NCBI GenBank assembly: GCA_024278555.1
Contig: JAJRSX010000203.1
Span: 1-54,316, forward strand
DNA from: a bacterium
GTDB taxonomy: Bacteria; CG2-30-53-67; CG2-30-70-394
Reading direction: 5' to 3'
DNA length: 54,316 nucleotides
In this document: positions 8,487 through 17,661 of the stretch, piece by piece
Layout: every line of letters starts with the position of its first letter
Position numbering within the stretch: position 1 is the first letter of the stretch
Program-made: the position numbers and the translations under genes
Notes under the pieces: model-generated
The model's input: only the letters and a program-made list of their open reading frames with translations
What the model was told of the DNA's origin: nothing
The model's database searches: none

Positions 8487-11400
8487 ATGGCCACCCAATC
8501 CACCTCCCCCGCCCCCCGCACCACCCGCAATGGTCTGACGATCCCACGCCGCTTCACCAAGGCGGGGGAGGATGTCTTCGCGAGTGTCGAGTGGGTGCGG
8601 CGGGACTCGAAGATCACCAGCACCGACGGCTCGGTGGTCTTCGAGATGAGCGGCTGTGAGGTCCCCGCCTCGTGGTCGCAGATGGCCACGGACATCGTCG
8701 TCTCCAAGTACTTCCGCAAGGCGGGGGTGCCGCAACACGACGACGACGGCAGGCCGATCCTCGACGACGACGGCCAGCCGGTAACCGGCCCGGAGCGCTC
8801 GGTGCGCCAGGTGGTCCGGCGGCTGGTGGGGTGCTGGCGCCACTGGGGGCAGGGCCACGGCTACTTCGCCTCCGAGGAGGACGGCGAGACCTTCGAGGCG
8901 GAGCTCGCCTACATGCTCCTCCACCAGATGGCCTCCCCCAACTCGCCCCAGTGGTTCAACACCGGCCTCAACTGGGCCTATGGCCTCACCGGCCCGGCCC
9001 AGGGCCACTACTACGTCAACCCGGAGACGGGCGAGGTGGAGGAGGGGAAGGACGCCTACACCCACCCGCAGCCCCACGCCTGCTTCATCCAGTCGGTGAA
9101 TGACGACCTCGTCAACGAGGGCGGGATCATGGACCTGTGGCAGCGGGAGGCGCGGCTGTTCAAGTTCGGCTCGGGCACCGGCACCAACTTCTCCAACCTG
9201 CGCGGCGAGGGGGAGCCCCTCTCCGGCGGTGGCAAGTCGTCGGGGCTCATGTCCTTCTTGAAGATCGGCGACCGCGCCGCCGGCGCCATCAAGTCGGGTG
9301 GCACCACCCGGCGGGCGGCGAAGATGGTCTGCCTCGACCTCGACCACCCGGACATCGAGACGTTCATCGACTGGAAGGTGGAAGAGGAGCGGAAGGTGGC
9401 GGCGCTCATCGCCGCCGGTTACGACGCCGACTTCAACGGCGACGCCTACGCCACCGTCTCCGGGCAGAACGCCAACAACTCGGTGCGCGTCCCCAACGCC
9501 TTCATGGAGGCGGTGGAGAGAGACGCCACCTGGGACCTCCACTGGCGCACCGACGGACGCACCTGCAAGACGGTGAAGGCGCGCGAGCTATGGGAGCGGA
9601 TCGCCAAGGCGGCGTGGGGGTGTGCCGACCCCGGCATCCAGTTCGACACCATCATCAACGACTGGCACACCTGCCCCGCCGCCGGCCCGATCCGCGCCTC
9701 GAACCCGTGCTCCGAGTACATGTTCATCGACAACACGGCGTGCAACCTGGCGAGCCTCAACCTGGTGAAGTTCGAGGACGGCAAGGGCAACTTCGACATC
9801 GACGGCTACCGCCACGCGATCCGGTTGTGGACGGTGGTCCTGGAGATCTCGGTCCTCATGGCGCAGTTCCCGAGCGCCGAGATCGCCCGCCTCTCCTACC
9901 TCTACCGCACCCTCGGGCTCGGCTACGCCAACCTCGGCTCGCTCCTCATGCGCCGTGGTCTGCCGTACGACTCCGCCGAGGGCCGCGCGGTGGCGGCGGC
10001 GATGACCGCCATCATGACCGGCGAGGCGTACGCCACCTCCGCGGAGATGGCCGAGGTCCTCGGACCCTTCCCGGGTTACGAGGCGAACCGCGAGGCCATG
10101 GCGCGGGTGATTCGCAACCACCGTGCAGCCGCCTACGACGACCGTGACGCCTACGAGGGGCTCTCCACCCTCCCCCAGGGGCTCGACCAGCGCCGCTGCC
10201 CCGACGACCTCCTCGCCGCCACCCACGCCGCGTGGGACCGTGCGGTGGCCCTCGGCGAAGCCCACGGCTTCCGCAACGCCCAGGTCTCGGCCATCGCCCC
10301 CACCGGCACCATCGGCCTGTTGATGGATTGCGACACCACCGGCATCGAACCCGACTACGCCCTGGTGAAGTTCAAGAAGCTCGCCGGCGGCGGCTACCTG
10401 AAGATCGCCAACCAGTCGATCCCCGCGGCGCTTCAGACCCTCGGCTACCAGAACGAGGAGATTCACAACATCCTCACCTACGCCCTCGGCACCAACCACC
10501 TCTCCGGCGCCCCGCACATCAACTGCGAGGCGCTCATCCGCCGCGGCCTCGATGAGGTGGATTGCAGGCACATCGAGCAGGCGCTGCCGTCGTCCTTCGA
10601 CCTCTCCGGCGCGGTCAACGGGCGGATCCTCGGCGAGGAGGCCTTTGTCCGCCTCGGCCTCGACCCCGCCCTTGCCGACGACCCGGAGTTCAACCTCCTT
10701 GCCGCCCTCGGCTTCACCCCGGAGCAGGTACAGGAGGCGAGCGACATCATCTGCGGCCATCACACCCTGGAGGGGGCACCGCACCTGAAGGCGGACCACC
10801 TGCCGGTCTTCGATTGCGCCTCCCGCTGTGGTCGAGAGGGGACCCGCTCCATCACCCCCACGGGACATATCCGCATGCTCGGCGCGGCCCAGCCCTTCGT
10901 CTCCGGCGCCATCAGCAAGACCATCAACATGCCCCACGAGACCTCCGTGGAGGAGATCGAGCAGGCGTACCACCTGGCATGGACCCTGGGGCTGAAGGCG
11001 GTCGCCATCTACCGTGACGGCTGCAAGCTCTCCCAACCCCTGAGCAGCGCCGGCGCCGCCGGCCACGAAACGGAGACGTCGGCCGAGGCCGAGATCCCCC
11101 ACGTGCGCAGCCCGCGCGAGGCGCGCACCCTGTCGCGCGAGGGCAAGGCCGGCTTCACCACCCCCACCCGCTGGAAGCTGCCGGCAAAGCGCAAGGGGTG
11201 GACCCAGGAGGCGAGCGTCGGCGACAACAAGATCTACGTACGCACCGGTGAATACGACGACGGCACCCTCGGAGAGATCTTCATCGACCTCGCCAAGGAC
11301 GGCGCCGCCTTCCGCTCCCTGATGAACTGCTTCGCCATCGCCATCTCCAAGGGGCTCCAGTACGGCGTCCCCCTGGAGGAGTTCGTCGACACCTTCACCT

Positions 11401-11819
11401 TCACCCGCTTCAACCCGAGCGGCATGGTGGAGGGCCACCCGAACATCAAGATGGCCACCTCGATGATCGACTATGTCTTCCGCGTCCTCGGGCTCGAATA
11501 TCTCGGGCGCACCGACTTCGTCCAGGTACCGCCGGAGAAGGTGGAACAGACCACCGATGCCGGCGCCGATCGCCTCTCCCCGAACGACGAGAGCACACCG
11601 CGGACCGCCAAAACGACATCGGCGAAGCTCACCGTACGCAACGTTCCCAGCCCCAAGGCGGTCACCGCGGGCAGCGCCCAGGCCTCCGCCGATCCGCAGA
11701 TGCAGCAGCTCGCCACCCTCGGCGACGCCCCCTTCTGCGAAAACTGCGGCCACATCACGGTGCGCAACGGCGCCTGCTACAAGTGCCTCAACTGCGGCAC
11801 CTCCATGGGGTGCAGCTGA
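8487..11819 (+). CDS. nrdJ: Adenosylcobalamin-dependent (class II) ribonucleotide reductase
   Basis: 1110-aa ORF. Motifs SPQWFNTGLNW, active-site region SNPCSEYMFIDNTACNLASLNL, ISKTINMP, and a C-terminal zinc ribbon CENCGH...CYKCLNCG. Confidence 0.92.
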   Translation: MATQSTSPAPRTTRNGLTIPRRFTKAGEDVFASVEWVRRDSKITSTDGSVVFEMSGCEVPASWSQMATDIVVSKYFRKAGVPQHDDDGRPILDDDGQPVTGPERSVRQVVRRLVGCWRHWGQGHGYFASEEDGETFEAELAYMLLHQMASPNSPQWFNTGLNWAYGLTGPAQGHYYVNPETGEVEEGKDAYTHPQPHACFIQSVNDDLVNEGGIMDLWQREARLFKFGSGTGTNFSNLRGEGEPLSGGGKSSGLMSFLKIGDRAAGAIKSGGTTRRAAKMVCLDLDHPDIETFIDWKVEEERKVAALIAAGYDADFNGDAYATVSGQNANNSVRVPNAFMEAVERDATWDLHWRTDGRTCKTVKARELWERIAKAAWGCADPGIQFDTIINDWHTCPAAGPIRASNPCSEYMFIDNTACNLASLNLVKFEDGKGNFDIDGYRHAIRLWTVVLEISVLMAQFPSAEIARLSYLYRTLGLGYANLGSLLMRRGLPYDSAEGRAVAAAMTAIMTGEAYATSAEMAEVLGPFPGYEANREAMARVIRNHRAAAYDDRDAYEGLSTLPQGLDQRRCPDDLLAATHAAWDRAVALGEAHGFRNAQVSAIAPTGTIGLLMDCDTTGIEPDYALVKFKKLAGGGYLKIANQSIPAALQTLGYQNEEIHNILTYALGTNHLSGAPHINCEALIRRGLDEVDCRHIEQALPSSFDLSGAVNGRILGEEAFVRLGLDPALADDPEFNLLAALGFTPEQVQEASDIICGHHTLEGAPHLKADHLPVFDCASRCGREGTRSITPTGHIRMLGAAQPFVSGAISKTINMPHETSVEEIEQAYHLAWTLGLKAVAIYRDGCKLSQPLSSAGAAGHETETSAEAEIPHVRSPREARTLSREGKAGFTTPTRWKLPAKRKGWTQEASVGDNKIYVRTGEYDDGTLGEIFIDLAKDGAAFRSLMNCFAIAISKGLQYGVPLEEFVDTFTFTRFNPSGMVEGHPNIKMATSMIDYVFRVLGLEYLGRTDFVQVPPEKVEQTTDAGADRLSPNDESTPRTAKTTSAKLTVRNVPSPKAVTAGSAQASADPQMQQLATLGDAPFCENCGHITVRNGACYKCLNCGTSMGCS

Positions 11820-12023
11820 GGGGGCGCGGTGCGTGCACGGGAGCAGGGGACCTGCCTGTTTCCCTGACCATGCCCATCGTCGCCCCAACCGACGGTAACC
11901 GGGCACGAGCCGGCACCCGCCGCCGCAACAGGCCCGCGGGGCCTGTTGCGGCCACAGGCCGCGGATCGCGAGCAGGGGCTCGCTCCCGCCTCCCCACCCC
12001 GCAGCCATGTGCCCCCTCACCGG

Positions 12024-12755
12024 CTACAAGACATCCAAAAACGCCACACTCTTCAGCCGCCGCCGGCTCTGCCCCTCGACTCGGCCAGTCAACCAGCGGA
12101 TCGCCCGCCCCTCCTGTTCCCCGGTAAGGACCACCCGCCCGTCCACCCCCTCCGCGGCGATCCGCGTCAGGGCCAGGAGCAGCCCCACGGGAAAGGGGCT
12201 GCCACGCTCCCCGGCGCAGCGGCCGCACCAGAGGGCGTGGCCCTCGCCCGCCAGCTCGCGGATCTCCTCTGTCCACGGCCGGCCACAGTGCTCGCACCGC
12301 CCCCCGCCGCCCCACAGGCCGGTCGCCGCCAGCGCAGCGACGAGGTACGCCACCAGGCCACGCCGCGCCGCGCCCCCTTCGAGGGCGACAAGGCCGCCAC
12401 ACAGGGCGTCGAAGAGGGCCGGCTCGGGCGACCCCTCGTGGGCCAGGTGGTCGGCCACCTCCGCCATCACCTCCAGGGAGGCGAAGGCGTCGAGATCGCC
12501 CTGGAGCCCCTGGTGGTCCGTCACCAGGCTCACCTCGCGCAGGGTGCCGAGGGAGGCATTGGGGCCGCGGTGGTAGGTCACCTCCAGCCGGTTGCCCACC
12601 ATCAGCCTTGGCGCCAAGGCGCCGCGCGGCGACCGGGCGCCGCGGGCAAGGAGGCCGAGACGCCCGCGCTCCCGCGACAGGGTGTGGACCACCCGATCAC
12701 GGTCCCGGTACGGGTAGAGCCGTAGCACCACCACCTGATCCCGAAACAACGCCAC
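12024..12755 (-). CDS. recO: DNA repair protein RecO
   Basis: 243-aa ORF. The N-terminal OB-fold pattern VVVLRLYPYRDRDRVVHTLSRERGRLGLLARGAR and the Cys cluster CEHCGRPW...CGRC are typical of RecO. Confidence 0.85.
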   Translation of the reverse strand: MALFRDQVVVLRLYPYRDRDRVVHTLSRERGRLGLLARGARSPRGALAPRLMVGNRLEVTYHRGPNASLGTLREVSLVTDHQGLQGDLDAFASLEVMAEVADHLAHEGSPEPALFDALCGGLVALEGGAARRGLVAYLVAALAATGLWGGGGRCEHCGRPWTEEIRELAGEGHALWCGRCAGERGSPFPVGLLLALTRIAAEGVDGRVVLTGEQEGRAIRWLTGRVEGQSRRRLKSVAFLDVL

Positions 12756-12869
12756 ACCCGCCTCCTTTCCCCCAGGGTGACGAAGCCGGCGAGAGACCGA
12801 AAGGTGGCGGCACGTTCAAGCACGACCTCTCACCCATCTTCGACCGAAAAATGGGCAACCCCTCCAAGG

Positions 12870-13130
12870 AGAGATGCACTACAGAGACGCAAAGGGCACG
12901 GAGAACCGCAAGGATCGTCAAACAGGGACGACAACCGCAGACGCTGCAAACACCATGCTGTTTTCTGATGTAGTCCGCTGTGCCCTCTGTGTCGCTGTGG
13001 TGGAATCGCCTTCACGGCCGGCACCGTGACCACCCAGTGATTCCTTCGATCCTGAGGGGAGGATCCCCTTCCCCCTCAGTCCGTGCCCTCTTCAAACCGC
13101 CCCTCTCCACTCATCAGCCAAGGGGATGGG
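12870..13130 (+). repeat. Diverged copy (A) of the dispersed MITE-like repeat family
   Basis: Carries the family core ...ttttctgatgtagtccgctgtgccctctgtgtcgctgtggtggaatcgccttcac...ccccttccccctcag...catcagccaagggg. By eye it aligns at about 70% to copy B (14395-14777) in the same orientation. Confidence 0.6.
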
Positions 13131-13271
13131 CGTATATCCATAAGGGCGATAAGTTGTATTTTAGTCATTAGATATGTTTGCCTTTCCCCCTGCAGAGCCG
13201 CCACCGAGGGGACGGAGCAGCCGAATAGCCGCAGACGCCGCCGCCCACAACCCATCCCAGGGAGGAGGACC

Positions 13272-13958
13272 ATGACCGGACGCATCACCCTCTGGGCGTC
13301 GCTCCTCCTCCTCCCCGCCCTGGGCCGGGCGGACACCTGCACCACCTGCCACGCCCTCATCCCGCAGACGGCGGTGTGGGAGCACTCCTTCACCGACTGG
13401 CAGGAGTCCCTCCACGCCCAGGTCGACGTGGACTGCGTCTCCTGCCACGGCGGCGACGGCGACGCCGCCGTGGCAGGAGACGCCCACCACGGGATGACCC
13501 CGGTGGGCGGCGGCAAGAGCGCCGAGAGCCGCCTCCTTGCCGCCAAGGTCTGCGGTAGCTGCCACACCGACAAATACCGCGCCTTCGCCCGCTCCGCCCA
13601 CTTCCGCCGCCTGGTGGAGGGAGAGACGGCCGCCTACTGCCACACCTGCCACACCTCGGTCGGCTCCCGGGTCCTCACCCAGGAAACCGTCGCCGCCACT
13701 TGCCGCGGCTGCCACCCGACAAGAGGCGAGAGGTCGGTGGCGGCCCGCGCCGAGCGGGTCCTCAACAGCCTCACCCGCATGCGCCTCGCGGTCACCTTCC
13801 GCTCCCCCTCCGCCCCCCTGAACAGCGCCCAGTGGGAGACCCTCCACCACAGCGCCACCGAGGCGATGGCCCAGTGGCACGCCTTCGACCTGGACGCCGT
13901 CGAGAGGGCCCTCGCCCAAGGCCGCCCCCTCCTCAGCGCCGCCGACGGCGACCGGTGA
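13272..13958 (+). CDS. Secreted pentahaem c-type cytochrome
   Basis: ATG at 13272 inside track ORF 13083..13958, directly preceded by GGAGGAGGA. Signal peptide MTGRITLWASLLLLPALGRA. Five CXXCH sites: CTTCH, CVSCH, CGSCH, CHTCH, CRGCH. Confidence 0.85.
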   Translation: MTGRITLWASLLLLPALGRADTCTTCHALIPQTAVWEHSFTDWQESLHAQVDVDCVSCHGGDGDAAVAGDAHHGMTPVGGGKSAESRLLAAKVCGSCHTDKYRAFARSAHFRRLVEGETAAYCHTCHTSVGSRVLTQETVAATCRGCHPTRGERSVAARAERVLNSLTRMRLAVTFRSPSAPLNSAQWETLHHSATEAMAQWHAFDLDAVERALAQGRPLLSAADGDR

Positions 13959-14394
13959 CCCGAGCGCCCGCGCCCAATGCCCTCTTCCGTCGCGGAACCA
14001 GGGTCGATCTCACCGGCAGATGGTTCCGCCTCCGACGGTGATGGTCTTCACCCGCAGCGTGAAGGTCGAGGACACCGGCGTCGTGGGGGCGTGGCTCCAG
14101 GGCGACTCACCTGGAAGGGGACAAGACCACGAAGGGCACCAAAGGTCACGAAGGGGGAGAGCCCCGGAGGTCGGTGTCGCCGGTGGTGGGCCGGGCGATT
14201 GTGCCGAGTGGGGCTTTCAACGCAAAGACGCCAGGGCGCAAAGGGGGGGGATCTATGGGGGGGGAGGGGTCGACCGTGGTGGGCCGGGGGGCTCGTGAGG
14301 AGTGGGATTCTTCACGCAGAGGCGCGGAGAGGCGGGAGACGCAGAGGGGAGATCTGGCCAAGGGTCAGGCGTCACCGGTGGTAAGCCGGGGCAC

Positions 14395-14777
14395 CGAAGG
14401 CCGGAGCCCACCACAGAGACCCAGAGGGCACAGAGAACTCCATCAGAAAACAACACGATTTTGCGCCGTCCTCTTGCACGGCAACCCCGTGGCGCTCCGT
14501 TGCGAGGCCCAGGAGGAGGAACGCACCTCTCCTTTGCAGTTCTCCGTGCCCTCTGTGTCTCTGTGGTGAAATCGCCTTCCAGGCTCGCGCCGTGATCACC
14601 TGGTGAGTCCCTCGACCCTGTTGGCGGTCTCCCCTCCCCCTGAAATCTTGCCCTCTTTCCAATTGCCCATCGCCAGTCATGAGCTAGGGGCAATCGGCAT
14701 TTCTTGAGATGACGGCGTCGGTCGGCTGAAGCCGACCCTACGGTCTGGCAACCCCATCTTGTTTCCGCTGATCCTCT
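14395..14777 (-). repeat. Uninterrupted copy (B) of the MITE-like repeat; reference for the empty prophage target site
   Basis: The reverse complement reads agaggatcagcggaaacaagatggggttgccagaccgtagggtcggcttcagccgacc...cacagagacacagagggcacggagaa...gggcctcgcaacggagcgccacggggttgccgtg...ttttctgatggagttctctgtgccctctgggtctctgtggtg. It is collinear at about 90% identity with 26454-26732 followed by 50111-50210. One terminal repeat (tttccgctgatcctct, 14762-14777) is present. The other end diverges. Confidence 0.8.
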
Positions 14778-14895
14778 TCGTGGTCTTATCCGGGGGAGGG
14801 GGTTTTGTCCGGAGGGCAGCAGATGGAGCCGACGATGATGGCCACCCGCCCCGGTTTCCCGCCATCCCCCTTCCCCCTATACTCCGCCCCCGCCG

Positions 14896-14973
<78 letters not shown>

Positions 14974-15009
14974 CCACCGCGGACTCTCCACGGTCGCGGG
15001 AACGCCGCA

Positions 15010-15086
<77 letters not shown>

Positions 15087-15130
15087 CCGGTGGGCTGATC
15101 CTGTCGTTCCGCCCCCGCTACACTCCCCCC

Positions 15131-16456
15131 ATGGCGGAGATCACGGTCATCGGCGGCGGCCTGGCCGGGTGCGAGGCCGCGTATCAGGCGGCACGGCTCG
15201 GATGCACGGTACGCCTCTTCGAGCAGCGGCCGGTACGCTCTACCGCGGCCCACCGCACCGGCGACCTCGCCGAGTTGGTGTGCTCGAACTCGCTCCGCTC
15301 CGACCGGCCGGAGAGTCCGGTGGGGGCGCTGAAGGCGGAGCTGCGCATCGGCGCCTCGCTGATTCTCGCCGCCGCGGACGCGGCGCGGGTCCCCGCCGGG
15401 CAGGCCCTGGCGGTCGATCGGGCGCGGATGTCGGCGGAGGTGGAGGCGCGGCTCCGGGCGACCGGCACCGTCGAGGTGGTCCGCCGGGAGGTCACCACGC
15501 TGCCCGCGACGGGGATCGTGGTGGTCGCCACCGGGCCGCTCACCTCGACGCCGCTGGCCGGGGCGATCCAGGCCCTTACCGGCGCCGAACGCCTCTACTT
15601 CTACGATGCCATCGCCCCGATCATCGCCGCCGACTCGATCGACCCGCGCCGCTGCTTCACCGCCGATCGGTACGGCAAGGGCGGCGGCGACTACCTCAAC
15701 TGCGGCCTGGAGGCGGCGGAGTACCGTCGCTTCTACGAGGCGTTGATGGCGGCGGAGCGGGTCCCCCTCGCCCCCTTCGAGACCCCCCACTACTTCGAGG
15801 GGTGTCTGCCGATCGAGGTCCTCGCCGAGCGCGGCGTCGACACCCTCCGTTTCGGGCCGATGAAGCCGGTGGGGCTGGTCGACCCGCACACCGGCCACCA
15901 GCCGTACGCGGCGGTCCAGCTCCGCGCCGAGAACCGGGCGCGCTCCGCCTACAACCTCGTGGGGTTCCAGACGAAGCTCACCTACCCGGCCCAGGAGGCG
16001 GTCTTCCGCCTGATCCCCGGGCTGGCGGAGGCGGAGTTCCTGCGCCTCGGCTCGATCCACCGCAACACCTACCTCGACTCACCCCGCTGCCTCACCCCGG
16101 AGCAGGAGGCGCAAAGCCGTCCCGGCCTCTTCTTCGCCGGCCAGATGACCGGCGTCGAGGGGTACGTGGAGTCGACCTGCTCCGGCTGGCTCGCGGGCCT
16201 CGCCGCCGGCCGCCGCGCCCTCGGCCTGGGGTCGCTCCGGCCGCCGCGCGAGTCGTCCATGGGGGCGATGCTCGCCCACACCACCGGGCCGGCGCGCGCC
16301 GACTTCCAGCCGTCGAACATCCACCGCGGCCTCTACCCGCCGCTGGCGGATCCGCCGCGCAAACGGCGCGAGCGGCGCACCGCCTACTGCACCCGCGCCA
16401 TCGACGCCTTCCGCGCCTGGCACGACGAGCTCCTTGCCACGCCTGCCCATGGATGA
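15131..16456 (+). CDS. trmFO: Methylenetetrahydrofolate-tRNA-(uracil54-C5)-methyltransferase TrmFO
   Basis: 441-aa ORF. FAD-binding start ITVIGGGLAGCEAAYQAA, then ELVCSNSLRSD, YFYDAIAPI and FFAGQMTGVEGYVES, typical of the TrmFO/Gid family. Confidence 0.88.
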   Translation: MAEITVIGGGLAGCEAAYQAARLGCTVRLFEQRPVRSTAAHRTGDLAELVCSNSLRSDRPESPVGALKAELRIGASLILAAADAARVPAGQALAVDRARMSAEVEARLRATGTVEVVRREVTTLPATGIVVVATGPLTSTPLAGAIQALTGAERLYFYDAIAPIIAADSIDPRRCFTADRYGKGGGDYLNCGLEAAEYRRFYEALMAAERVPLAPFETPHYFEGCLPIEVLAERGVDTLRFGPMKPVGLVDPHTGHQPYAAVQLRAENRARSAYNLVGFQTKLTYPAQEAVFRLIPGLAEAEFLRLGSIHRNTYLDSPRCLTPEQEAQSRPGLFFAGQMTGVEGYVESTCSGWLAGLAAGRRALGLGSLRPPRESSMGAMLAHTTGPARADFQPSNIHRGLYPPLADPPRKRRERRTAYCTRAIDAFRAWHDELLATPAHG

Positions 16457-16634
16457 GCTACCCGCGGTCCGCTGCCCCTACTGCGGCGAAGAGGTCGAGG
16501 TCGCCGTCGACCCCTCCACCGGCTCGCACGACACCATCGAGGACTGCGCCGTCTGCTGCCGCCCCATGGAGCTCTCGGTCGTGGTCGACCGAGACGGCGC
16601 GGTCACCATGAAGGCCCACCGCGATGACGACTGA
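16434..16634 (+). CDS. CPXCG-motif cysteine-rich small protein (likely start ATG 16449)
   Basis: RCPYCGEEVEVAVDPS...IEDCAVCCRPMEL is the CPXCG / CxxCC pattern of this small zinc-binding family. It overlaps the trmFO 3' end. Confidence 0.65.
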   Translation: MPRLPMDELPAVRCPYCGEEVEVAVDPSTGSHDTIEDCAVCCRPMELSVVVDRDGAVTMKAHRDDD

Positions 16635-16890
16635 CCCTCCCCCCGACTACCGCCCGATCTCCTGTGGCCTCTACTCGCGGCTGGAGGTGGCGATCCTCCA
16701 CCGCACCCCGATCGAGTGCGCGTGGCGCGACGCCGGCGGCCGCCGTCACCGGGGCCGTCTCCTGCCGCTGGATCTTCGCACCCGCGAGCACGCCGAGTAC
16801 CTCATCGCCGAGACCCCCGAGGGAGAGGTGGAGATCCGCCTCGATCGGCTACGGCTCCACGGCCTGCCGTTCAACGGGTGCACGGGCTAA
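16624..16890 (+). CDS. Rof/YaeO-like (Rho-binding antiterminator family) protein
   Basis: 88-aa ORF. YRPISCGLYSRLEVAILHRTPIE...EYLIAETPEGEVEIRLDRL resembles the Y-x-PI-x-C-x2-YD-x-LE start and beta-barrel pattern of Rof, from memory. Confidence 0.5.
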   Translation: MTTDPPPDYRPISCGLYSRLEVAILHRTPIECAWRDAGGRRHRGRLLPLDLRTREHAEYLIAETPEGEVEIRLDRLRLHGLPFNGCTG

Positions 16891-16899
16891 TCTGCGCCA

Positions 16900-17256
16900 A
16901 TGTCCACCGAGATCGTCGTCGTCCGCCAACCCATCGAGCCACTTGAGCTACGCCGCCACCTCGGCTGCCCCTTCCCCGACATGGTCAAATACGTGGTGGA
17001 TGTAACACAGGGCATCCTGGCGCTTGGAGGTGAGATGCACGCAGATGCGGAGAAACTCCTCCTCGACCATGGTTCCCACAAGGAGGCCCTCTGGGGCGGT
17101 AATGTCTACCCTGACGAGGAACCTGACCGCCGCATCGAGCACACCTCGCTGATCAACATCCGACCTGCCGACGGCAACCGCGCGATTGAGATCACCGACC
17201 TCGACCTCCGGGCGCAGATCGAAGCCGTCGTCCGCCGCCTCCTCCCCATCGTCTGA
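16900..17256 (+). CDS. DUF5674-family conserved protein
   Basis: 118-aa ORF. ...FPDMVKYVVDVTQGILALGGEMHADAEKLLLDHGSHKEALWGGNVYPDE...SLINIRPADGNRAIEI matches my recollection of the DUF5674 consensus. Confidence 0.55.
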   Translation: MSTEIVVVRQPIEPLELRRHLGCPFPDMVKYVVDVTQGILALGGEMHADAEKLLLDHGSHKEALWGGNVYPDEEPDRRIEHTSLINIRPADGNRAIEITDLDLRAQIEAVVRRLLPIV

Positions 17257-17263
17257 GGACCCC

Positions 17264-17602
17264 ATGGCCGTCTTCCACCCCGACCTCACCCAAGAGAAAT
17301 GGAACGAGGCCGATCGCGCCTACCAGGTCCTGTCGATCTTCGCCGAGCTCAACCGCTGCCGCGGTCGCTTCGAGCGGGATGATCTCGTCAACGCCCGCCA
17401 CAGCCTCGACCGGGTCCTCGAGCTCATCGACCTCACCGTGGAGGACCCGCGGTGGACCGGCGGCCACCGCCACGAGCTCCTCCGCTTCCGCGAGGCAGTC
17501 GGCGCCCTCTACGTGGGCTCGGATGAGATCCGCACCACCCCGGCGGAGCTGATGCGCGTCCTGCGCACCTTTCACCCGGCCAGCTCCACCGTCCCGGTCT
17601 AG
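17264..17602 (+). CDS. Hypothetical protein
   Basis: ATG at 17264 inside track ORF 17186..17602. 113 aa with ordinary composition and G/C third-position bias. No family recognised. Confidence 0.5.
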   Translation: MAVFHPDLTQEKWNEADRAYQVLSIFAELNRCRGRFERDDLVNARHSLDRVLELIDLTVEDPRWTGGHRHELLRFREAVGALYVGSDEIRTTPAELMRVLRTFHPASSTVPV

Positions 17603-17661
17603 GAGCCGGTCAGGCCTTGGCCCGCCTCTCCCCGCGATGATCGTCAACGTCTGACCCTGGG

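Noticed and set aside
12870-14777. CRISPR array suggested by recurring CACAGAGACACAGAGGGCAC-type units.
   Set aside because: The units are degenerate, irregularly spaced and partly arranged as inverted arms of a larger repeat. There are no uniform spacers and no cas genes in the window.
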